This document shows, in pieces, positions 1-10,000 of a DNA stretch of 64,000 bases. A program made the position numbers and the translations under genes. The stretch covers positions 61,570,294 to 61,634,293 of the forward strand of contig NC_068987.1 of NCBI RefSeq assembly GCF_001194135.2, written 5' to 3'. Positions within the stretch are counted from its first letter, which is position 1. Each line of letters starts with the position of its first letter. The notes under the pieces are model-generated. The model saw only the letters and a list, made by a program, of their open reading frames with translations, did no database searches and was not told where the DNA came from. This DNA comes from Octopus bimaculoides. Taxonomy: Eukaryota.

Positions 1-174
1 CAGTGATTTGTTGAAATTATCGAAATAAGACAATTTTTTACATGAAATACAAAAATTCTTTTTCTGTTCTATAACACAAAATAGATAAGTATACGAAGTT
101 TGAAAGTCTTTCGGTACCAAAAACACTACATAAAACATAAATGAAAACTGGTGCCCCCGTTTTGAACAAGATCC

Positions 175-302
175 CTTACCAGTATTATCCGTTTTCTTCT
201 AGCTGTTTATAAATAAATCACATCCTAACCCTAACCCTAACGTCAATCAAATCACGTGTGTGATTTATTTATAAACAGAGATGTACGGAGAATACTGGTA
301 AG
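175..302. repeat. Palindromic element with telomere-like (CCCTAA)n loop
   Basis: Perfect 20-bp inverted repeat 203-222/259-278; outer arms cttaccagtattatccgt/acggagaatactggtaag; cctaaccctaaccctaa at 224-240. Confidence 0.8.
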
Positions 303-364
303 ACGTTCAGTTACTTCCCTTGAATATTTTTTTTTTTTTTTATCCCCCTAAACTTGAAGATTAC

Positions 365-760
365 CACAAAACTGTTACTCACCCACCCATTGGGAGATGT
401 TTCTGCGGACTCTATTCATGAACGCAATGCAGGTTTGACTAAAATGTCGGAGTGGTATGTAGATGACGTTAAAAAGGAGATGACCGTGACACCATCTTCT
501 AGCAGAGCAAGCATTGTTAGATGTGACAACAAATAATGAATGATACCCGAGTTAGTGAAATGTGGCTTTGACAGAATTCCATTGCTCATACTTACAATAC
601 GACAATGCGGTATGATAAAACGTTTCCAATCCAACAGACGAGAGATGGTAGACAGTTTATCCAGAAGATTCTCGTGCCCTATACGGTCAAATACTTTACT
701 AATATAAAAGACAACATTGAATTTCATTGAACTTTTCAATGGCAATAGATAACTGAAGCT
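365..760 (-). mobile_element. Degenerate non-LTR RT fragment (CR1/L2-group)
   Basis: VFYISKVFDRIGHENLLDKL...LSKPHFTNSG resembles DISKAFDRVWH...INSGVPQG of RT domains 3-4. Confidence 0.75.
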
Positions 761-1194
761 AGTCCTAAGTAGATCTCGCTGCATGGAAGCGGTCACGGGA
801 GAGAGAGAGAGACAGACAGACAGACAAACTGAAGGTACTGAAGAAGGTTTTTGTTAAAGACTAATTCAGCGAAATTTAGATTCTGTAAAATTTGGTTATG
901 AATCAAAAGGACCTGTAGCAATTTGAGAGTCGAGGATTTTATAGGTGGTGGAATGCACGAAGGCATTTTTGTTTTGCAGGAGTTAAGGTGGTGGGCAAAA
1001 GGCTTGAATCTTTTTAAGCCAACTTTTTTGTCTAGTACAGTCAGCCCCAATTGGAGTCCATATCAGATTTTGTTAAAATTTATATGCAATAAATTGGTTA
1101 TACTTCTACAATGCTCAAAATATTCTACCAACGTTTTGTTATACAGTTCCAAATAATATTCATTATAAAAATTTAATAGGATTTAAAAAAAAAA

Positions 1195-1275
1195 ATCGTA
1201 TGGCTACGAGGGTCCAACCGAGTAAAATAAGAATCAAAGGGGTCCATAGGTAAAAAAATGGTTGATAAACGCTTG
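1195..1275. mobile_element. Possible hAT-type MITE terminus
   Basis: aaaggggtccataggtaaaaaaatggttgataaacgcttg resembles the reverse complement of CAGGGGTTCTCAACC-type hAT TIRs; partner end not identified. Confidence 0.3.
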
Positions 1276-2474
1276 TCGAGTACAAACATAGGTGTAACCA
1301 AGGGCTAAATTTGAGCTTGCTAAATACGCAGCAGGAATAACATTTTTAGCTGTTTCTTTAGGTGCTTTTAACCGAAAAGATGTTGAAGTGTTCCTCTGTA
1401 GTATTACATACTTCATTATGGTGTACCAGTTGAACACTAAAATTGATGTAACCGACTTACTCACCCGTCAAACTTGTTAGCCTTGTGCCAAAATGTGAAA
1501 CCATTATTACATACTTCATTCCTGGTTAGGAGGTACAAGTGAAATATTTGAATAGCTTTTTTCTCATACTTTTACTGGTTACGAGCATTTGACTGTGACT
1601 CTACTGAGACACAGCTTGCAATGGTTTAGTCAGTCATATCGACTCCAGTGCTTATTTTTTAAAGTCTGGTATTTTACTGATCATTTTTTGTCAAATCGCT
1701 AAGTTACAGTACATAAACAAACGTAAACAGAAACTAAGATACATACAAACATACGCACACACATATCGAAAGAGAAATTAGAATGTGTATCTGGGGTGTG
1801 TATAAAAGAGACAAAATGGAAAAGGCAGATAACACACACATTCACAAAGGATCACACGTAACCAAGGTTGTATGTGGTCATATGTTTTCAAGAATACAGA
1901 TGTACGCATTATATTGAACACCTTATGTAAAATCTATTTTGCTTTATTATGCAAATATCTTGAAAAATATGGTCGAACGTTTTAATAACAATTTTTTTAT
2001 TGAAGTATTCCCCGTATCAATAACCATTGTTTGTTGACATACGTATGATTATATGCTACTCAACCATTATTTTGTGTCCATCATTTATTGCTATTTATTT
2101 AAAATATTTTTTTCTATGTTAATGTCTCGAGAGTGAAGTAATTGTTTCTGGTTGGAACTTCCAAGCTTCTTGTTCCGAAATTACTTGGTTAAACGTTCAT
2201 ACGGGCACGGAACACAACCGGACACCTTGTAACTATGTTATGGTACCAACCAGCATGTTATAGAAGGTGTATAGAAGGTTATAGAACTCAAAGAAGCATA
2301 GAACATCCTCGCAAACACCAAAAACAAGATGAAGATGACTGTGACTTCTCACTAGTCTTCAGATATTTAGGTGAGCCCCTAGGCACACACATTCCCTAGC
2401 CTCTGATCATTGTGAAAGGTTGAAAGAGACTAAACATCTCTTACAAAATCTATAGACAAACATCACTGTAATTC

Positions 2475-2745
2475 TGACGTCATAATCACAATATGGGGAA
2501 AATTTAAACACGACTTGGCATGTAGCAGGTCCCTGCTTCAATAATTTGAACTCATTTTTATTTTTTACAAATCAGTAGGTTTTCGTAGACTAATTAAGTG
2601 GTGATGTCATGAGAAAACAAACCAATGACGTCTAAAAGCTACACAACAAATACATTGACTGACGTCAGTAAAACTTCTGACCAATCGAAAACTTGATTGA
2701 AACTCAGTCGAGCTTTGATTAATTTCTAAAAAAAAAAGGTAAGCT
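2475..2745 (+). promoter_or_regulatory. Promoter-like cluster: CRE sites, CCAAT boxes, Inr and splice donor
   Basis: TGACGTCA at 2475 and 2660, TGACGTCT at 2626, CCAAT at 2622 and 2681, TCAGTC at 2704, AAG|GTAAGC at 2739. Confidence 0.4.
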
Positions 2746-3207
2746 GACGGTTAGACAGTGTTAGTGTATTTGTGTGTGTGTGAGAGAGAGAGGGGGGAGT
2801 ACAGAGGATACATGCAGTCATGCGTTAAGATAGGTTAAGAGCGTTATCAGCTGTTGCTTCGACAACCAAACTGGGCAAGTTGAACACTCTGCAACACCCA
2901 AATTTTTACTAACAACCATGGCAGGGGTCACTCGTGTTCAGTCACCCTCTCTCCTTCTTTCTGTAACTATCTCTCATTTACACACAACCACACAAGCTGT
3001 CATTCTCCTACTGAATCAGACTACAAACTTTACTCGATCTTTGCCTTGTTTTCTTGACACAGTCGTGTTCTATTTTGACCGTTTCACAAGATGATTGAAA
3101 ACTGACCCATTAATTTTTTTTTACCCTATCACCACTATTAAATTAATCTTATATTTAAATGAGCTACTCCGTTGAAGGAAGAAGCTTCGCAGCCCTGCTT
3201 CCATTGA

Positions 3208-3274
3208 ATGGATATTTTTCTTAATCGGGCGTTATGTTTCCAACACACGACGCCCGATTTAGAAAAATATCCAT
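3208..3274. other. 67-nt hairpin, 25-bp stem with one mismatch
   Basis: atggatatttttcttaatcgggcgt / 17-nt loop / acgcccgatttagaaaaatatccat. Confidence 0.85.
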
Positions 3275-4492
3275 CCGACAGCATGCAATGAAGTGATGCA
3301 CTTCAAAGAACAACTGTGCAACCGCACTAAATTTCTGCAAGTACACGGCACAACACTTCATGACATCTGATATGTTGAGTGGTGGGGAGTCTGCGCGACA
3401 CGAAGCACAAAGAAGAATTTCCTTCCTGAGCCAGTGTGCAAGTATACAATCGGAACGAAGGTCTGCGATTAAACAATTGCTTTTCACCCATAGGGACTAC
3501 CTTACCGAAAATGCAAACGGCAGTTATGTCCTAGCGGAGAAGCGGGAGTTTTAGGCAACTGGCAAAAATACAGCACAGATGCAACAGTCAATATGAAACA
3601 GCTTCTGGTTTTTCACCACCAGCTTCGTGCAGTCAACATGGAGTTATATCAGCTCTCGACTTGTCACCTCCTGAACAGCCTAGTTCATTCATGCTAACTT
3701 CGCTCCTCGAAAGTCCGGATGACATCAGCCACAACTCTGCCTCATAATGAACTGTATATTTTCAGTTAAGCTAGCTTCGTTCCTATTAGTTTACAACGGC
3801 TTCCAATAGAATTATTTGGTACAAAGTAAATCATAATACTTTACTTGACTCACATACACATACAGGCTACATATCTTGCTATTTGTCAGCACTACTTCCT
3901 GTTTTAATGAAATTACAATGTTTTGTTTAAAAACTGCCTTCTGACATTGATTACACATGCTTTTCAAAAGCGCATTTAATGGGCTTTGTCACGAACACTT
4001 TCATATTTTAAATTAGTGACCACCCACACTACATTGGTGACTCCCTACATATTCAATGACACACATGCATCCAAATAGTTGTACTTTCAATGATTGTTTC
4101 CTAACCTCTGTCGATCCTAAGCCATAACTGTCAACATCGTTTCTGTCGGATGCCTTAGCCACAATTGACACTAAACTGCTTCACTTATCTCCTATGCTTT
4201 CTGTGCTTTGGCTTTCAGTTATTTACTCTTTTCCTTCTTTACAACTTATCTCGGTTCGCAGAATATATAAAGGAAGTTTATTCAGCTCAGTGCATCCAGC
4301 ATATCTTTTTCATGCCATACTTGCTTTACCACAGCAATTACTTGTGACCACAGTGCCAGACACACCTGGCATTTAAAACCCGAATGCACACACACATATA
4401 TTGTAATGAATTTTTGTTACACCATGGATTGAAGATAATTGTTTCTTTTTTCTTTTCCTCAGCTCCTTCCAATGCAAATAGGCAGCTGAACC

Positions 4493-4680
4493 GTATTTAG
4501 ACTCATTTGAATATTATACACTGCACTATATTTAGACCCACTCGGATATAATATACTGCACCATATTCAGATTTACTTGAATATTTCACTTTACTATTCA
4601 GATGCACTTGAATATGTATTATGCATTTCAGCACCGCATAATTTTTAGAATCACTTGAATATGCATTCGCATTCATGTAT
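4493..4680. repeat. Degenerate ~33-38 bp minisatellite
   Basis: About five copies of the core tatt(t/c)aga..cacttgaatat with variable linkers. Confidence 0.6.
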
Positions 4681-4737
4681 ACTACAGTTCAGATTGTCTT
4701 GCAAGGCCAAAAATATGCACCCTAAGATGCATATTTG

Positions 4738-5191
4738 ACAGGAGATACTGAGTAGATTAGAGCAGGAATCGGGGAAGGTAGGATTGTACTGTAACGCAAA
4801 GAAAACAGAGCCGCAAGTATTCAACCGCGAAATGCTTGTGTAAGTGAAAGTGAGTGACGGTAAGTCGCTCAAGGTGGTTGCAAATTTAAAATACCTTGGT
4901 GCGTGGACACAAAGTACTGAAAAAGACATCGTAGTAAGGAAAGCTATTGCCTGGAGCGCATTCAATAAATTGAGACAGGTATGGAGTTCAAAGTTAGCAA
5001 GGAAATTGAAAGTGAGTTTGTTTCTGGCAACAGTGGAGTCTGTTCTTCTATACGGGGCTGAAACATAGACGCTCACTAGAGCATTCAAGAAGCAGTTGGA
5101 CGGTTCTTATACGAGGATGCTTAGAACGGCACTTAATGTCTCCTGGAAGAGTCATACAACAAACGCCGACTTATACCAGGGACTACCAAAA
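4738..5191 (+). mobile_element. RTE-clade LINE ORF2 fragment (post-RT region), two in-frame stops
   Basis: QEILSRLEQESGKVGLYCNAKKTE...LKYLGAW...FLATVESVLLYGAET*TLT...LDGSYTRMLR...LNVSW. Confidence 0.88.
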
Positions 5192-6917
5192 GGATCTTAA
5201 CGTCATGAAAATTTCTAATAAACGACGCCCAACAATCTCAAATCAAAATCTTTTGAGTGACATCAGCAAAATTTCTTACGAATATAAGGTTGTTATTGAA
5301 AACCAGTTAATCTTTGATTAAGTTAATCACAGACTATAATATATTTGCAATATTGGGCTGCCATTCGTGAAAGATTAACAAGATGGGCAGCTAAACAATT
5401 CGATGGTCAGACAGAGCCGGACAATTAGAGGAGAGTAAAAGGAGCGATGTAGTTATGCATCATTTAGGTTAAATTTGATACTAGTTGTTGTTCGACAACT
5501 AGAGAGGAGAACATGAACAGTCTGTAATGTCTAATAACCCAACTGTTACTAATTTAAACATCAACAGGAGTTCGTATGAATTTTAGGGGGTTCATGCCAT
5601 AAAATAGCAAATTGGAAATCCACAATTGTATATTAAGGGCTCTGAAAAAATTGTGCTTTAGATGTATGTATTGGTATGTATTGCAAGAAACAGGTAGATT
5701 TCTTTCTCTAACATTTTACTTAGTTCAACCTACACAAGTTAATGTGTGAGAAATAAATTAGGAATTTTGAAAGAAGTTGCTATAAAACTAATTTTTAAAC
5801 ATCAAATGGCAATGGGGGTTCACCAGAATAGAATANNNNNNNNNNNNNNNNNNNNNNNNNNNNNNNNNNNNNNNNNNNNNNNNNNNNNNNNNNNNNNNNN
5901 NNNNNNNNNNNNNNNNNNNNNNNNNNNNNNNNNNNNNNNNNNNNNNNNNNNNNATATATATATATATATAAATTAAAGAATAAATAGTCAAAAGTAAGAG
6001 GGAGTACGATTCGACAGCTGTTTAATGACCACTACACATGTTTTGTCCTCTAATACATTCTTAACGGAATACACCTCAGCTATACACGCACGCACACACA
6101 CACACACATTAAAAAAAAAAAAATAAAATCCTGAGAATTTGTACCTTGATATGCAAAGGCCTTGATGTTAAAAGTTGAAGAAGACAATGAAAGCATTGAA
6201 AAAACGAAGAAATATTTTATGAAAAATATCTCTAATTGGTACCAGTTCCAATTCCCTTAGTCTCGGTTTCCACTTCCATTGGTTTTCTGAAAATTAAGTC
6301 TATTTATATTAAACTAAATCAAAGAATGTGTGTGTGTGTGTATATAGATATATATATATGTATTTGTGTGTGTATATATATAGATATATAGATATATATA
6401 TGGCTACATTAAAATAATACTTTTGATACGTTTATAATATTTCATTCTAAAAGAAAATTCTCTAGTTTTTTTTTTGTATCTGATTTTTACGTCCGAACTT
6501 CTAACAACTTTTTCGTTCCATGTTATTTAATTTTAAGAAAGAATGGAAATTGCAACTGATCTTGCCTTGTTAATAAATGCTCATTACTATTTTCAGTTGA
6601 AAAGAAACTCCAATTAAATAAACATTTTTCTTGTTGAATATAGATAACTTGCAAGAAAAAGAAATAAAACTTAATTGTATATAAATTTCGTTTCACTAAA
6701 CATTAGTGATATTTTAGAGCAACCTAGGCGCGGAGCTCAAAAACAAGTTTAGACATGGCAGGTGTTTAACTACTGTAGCTAACTGAACTTTTCACATATA
6801 AATGACAAATATAACCAGATGACAAAATATATCAGTTTCATATTAATTACTTTTGTTTCAAAATGTAACTAGTTGCTATATTTATTATTATAAATCCAGC
6901 TGCCAAGTGAAAATTTG

Positions 6918-6931
6918 GTTGTAGCGGTAAC
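6918..6931 (+). promoter_or_regulatory. RFX X-box-like motif GTTGTAGCGGTAAC upstream of SAS-6 ATG
   Basis: Good GGTAAC half-site and partial GTTG half-site in a 14-bp frame, 100 bp before the ATG. Confidence 0.3.
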
Positions 6932-7031
6932 ATTAATTGTTGTTTACTTGTAATCGTTATGGCGAAATTACCGATGTTGTTCAATTACTGCCTACAAGTT
7001 TAATTAGACACTTCGTCTACATTTTATAGCA

Positions 7032-7096
7032 ATGGCGGAGGATTTGTTTGCCAAAAAGCTTGCTGTAACTATGCGATGTTCAGATCGAGATGAAAG
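7032..7096 (+). CDS. SASS6: SAS-6 exon 1 ([22 protein letters not shown]), phase 2 end
   Basis: gcaATGgcg start; donor AG|gtttgt at 7097. Confidence 0.9.
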
Positions 7097-10000
7097 GTTT
7101 GTAAAAATCCATTCCTTCTTTTATTGAAAGATACAACCCGATACTTGCATTTTTGTCATATATATACATTTTTATCGTTCGACGTTTATATATATATTAG
7201 TGAATTAGAAATATATGCCTTCATTTTCTTAACTTATCCTACCCCAATCTTTATTTATATTGAGTGCCTATCTCTATTAATGTAATTAAATGAAACACAT
7301 TTGGATGTAGTTACAGCCTGCATTGAGATATGATAGTTGATAATTGTCATAGATCTAGTTCTAGTAATACTGATTGCACAAGAAATGCTGGTCTTGACAT
7401 ACCGATTATTTTTCATTTGAACATTTTTGTTTAAAGACAGAATAAACGGTAATTTTTTTTGCGGGTGTTAATCTGAAAACTTACCGAATAAACAACCGAT
7501 AAATACTAATTTCTCTCATAGGCATGTACTTATTTTATTTGCCCCGGTCTTGATAAAAGGCAATGTCGGATATTCTCGGAGATGTGAAATCGGAGTCGAG
7601 AGGGACACAACCAGTTTCTTTCTTTTATTCTAATAGCCTAATCACTGGAGGAAGGGTACTGACTGTAATCTTTTACAGAGCAACTAAGTCTGGTTGCAGA
7701 AAGGCGGAAGTTATTAGATTGCTGAAGACATCTTAGAGCCAGCTGGTTGTGTTAAACCGGGCAAATAAGTTTACTATGAAGATAAATTTTCGTTGGTTAG
7801 TAAACAGAGAATAACACAAAGATTTTACGCATCCAAATGATAGAGAAATATGTTTTGTGTTCATAAATTTAGAAATTATTGGAAAGTAATCCCTGGCATA
7901 TCAGCATTTGGCTCAGATAAAGAATACGTACACCACCCGTTTTCGGCGTAACAAAAGCCCTAACCTTAATCCTAACCCTAACCCTAATCACCAACTTCAA
8001 GTGTTTCCGTTTTTTTTTGTTTTTTTTTTTGTCAAAACCTAAATACTGTAAAATATTTTAAGCAAGCTTGCCTCTGCATTACACAGCTTACAAGCATTCT
8101 AGTCTTCCAAGTTGGGGCCAGTTCTTTTAAAGTTTTATCAAAATGATCTTCTATACACCTTACTTTAACTATGATGGTTAAGTAAGTACTCCCATAGAGT
8201 TAAGATCCTACATTTGCTGTTTGCTGTGCATCCTTCTCCACAACGCACAAACTCTGCAAAAATTCTTGTAAACTTTCCTTCCAACAATATCACCACAATG
8301 TACATATACACTCCAATTGCTAAATCATCCTAGGTCACTTCAAACCAAGAAAATCATTAACTCTGACAATGTCTCTTCCATTAACCTATCTGCAATCCTC
8401 AGCAAATTCTTCAGTCTTCCTCTTTATAGTTCCATTTCAGTAAGAGCAACATCTCAGAATCAGCTGTCAACCATTCACTCTTTCTTCTATTCCAGTATCA
8501 GTCTTTAACAGTCATCTCATGTTAAGTCTCTTTCTCTCTCCTCAGTAACCATCAGCATGATTTCTGGAGTGCCAGGTCTTATGGAGATCTGCTCTTGTCT
8601 CTCACTAGTGCTCACTTGCCTTTTGAGAAATTCACTGAAAGTGTTATTTGATGTCTGCAAAAGCTTTGGTCATGCTGGATTTGAGAACGTCTTAGCTAAG
8701 CTGCCTATGTAGTAGTTCCAACAATATTTATATCTTGAATCTGAAGTTTCCTGTTGGACTCAATCATCACAGTATGCTTTTACACACACTCCATCAACTC
8801 TCATTAACTACCTAATAACACAGATGTTATTAGCATTCAATCTAGTGACTTCACATTAAACATGCATTGTCTATATTAAGGTCCTTCAAAGTATTCTTCA
8901 ATTTATACATAAGCTTATGTCTTTCAAAAGTACTAAGGCACCATCATTGCACATTAAAGAAACAATCTTGTTTCCCTGCAAGTAAAACACTTCTATGTCA
9001 TTACAATTGCTAGGCCTTACAATTACTGAGGATCTCTCCTGGGATTCTCACATGAATAATGTTGTGAAAACAGCATTCAAAAGACTTCTTGTTTAAGGAC
9101 AGAAATTACTTCAGCTCTCAACAGTTGCTAACTCTCTACAAATCCCAAGTAAAATGCACTGTAGAAAACTGTTCCTACATCTGGGATGGTGCTGCTGCTA
9201 CACATATGTATCCAGAGAAAGGCTACTTCACTGATTGGTATGTGCTTACTTCTCACTTCTGGCAAACAGGCATTCTGTTTTCTTACTCTGATGTAGTGGC
9301 CTTTACTTCTCATTGCTGGTTGGGCTTGTGGCTCTCCACTCAAACTCACCTGATACATCTCTTCCCCATTTTGTAGATTCCACACTAATTATTCTGCTAA
9401 CCCCTCCCCTTCTCGGGGAATCATCCCTCTGTAGTATGCTTCTCATCAATGTTTTCCCAATAGATGACAACTTATTGATGTTCTAACTGAATATAAATTT
9501 CATTGATCTGATTAATCTCTGGGAGTATATGAGGGTCATGGGCATTGTCCCTTTCTTCTGAGTAAGCCACGAAAATCAGATCACTTGTTAAATGAGATTG
9601 GAGACAATCTTTGTCAATAAGTGCCAGTTCAATGTATCCTCTCATGAAGACAAAGACCCTGGCAAAGAGGATTGACAGCTTCAATAGCAGAACCCTGAGA
9701 ACATCAGATGATATCACATTGCCAATAAAAAGTTGCATGTGTGCACACATCAGCCCACAGCTTCCCATCTCATAGTTATTCAGCGCATGTGCTGGTACAG
9801 ACATGCCCTCCACCTCCTGCCAGATCATCCTACCAAGGCCTTGCTTGCTTCATTCTCTTGCTTGATGTGGCTGGAGTCATCCTATGTTAGTGCTCTCAGA
9901 GGCATCATTGTGTGTAGAGCTGACCATGTCCACCAGTGCTCCCCATTACTGGTGGTTCTGTGCCAACCCCACAGTGTCCACCAGGAAGACATCGAGCCTC

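Noticed and set aside
2258-2305. Five (a/t)aGAA units at 8-11 bp spacing, heat-shock-element-like
   Set aside because: All are direct with irregular spacing and no alternating TTC units.
3221-3554. Overlapping 88-aa (-) and 64-aa (+) ORFs near the hairpin
   Set aside because: No recognisable domain or consistent splice structure.
4493-4680. Conserved core with variable linkers, superficially CRISPR-like
   Set aside because: Cores are degenerate, linkers are related to each other, the context is eukaryotic and there are no cas genes; it is a minisatellite.
7958-7987. Degenerate CCCTAA run as a telomere or fusion remnant
   Set aside because: Only about 5 imperfect units with no head-to-head inversion; more simply part of a repeat.
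9472-9828. 118-aa minus-strand ORF that looks protein-like
   Set aside because: It is the antisense frame of a plus-strand RTE fragment.
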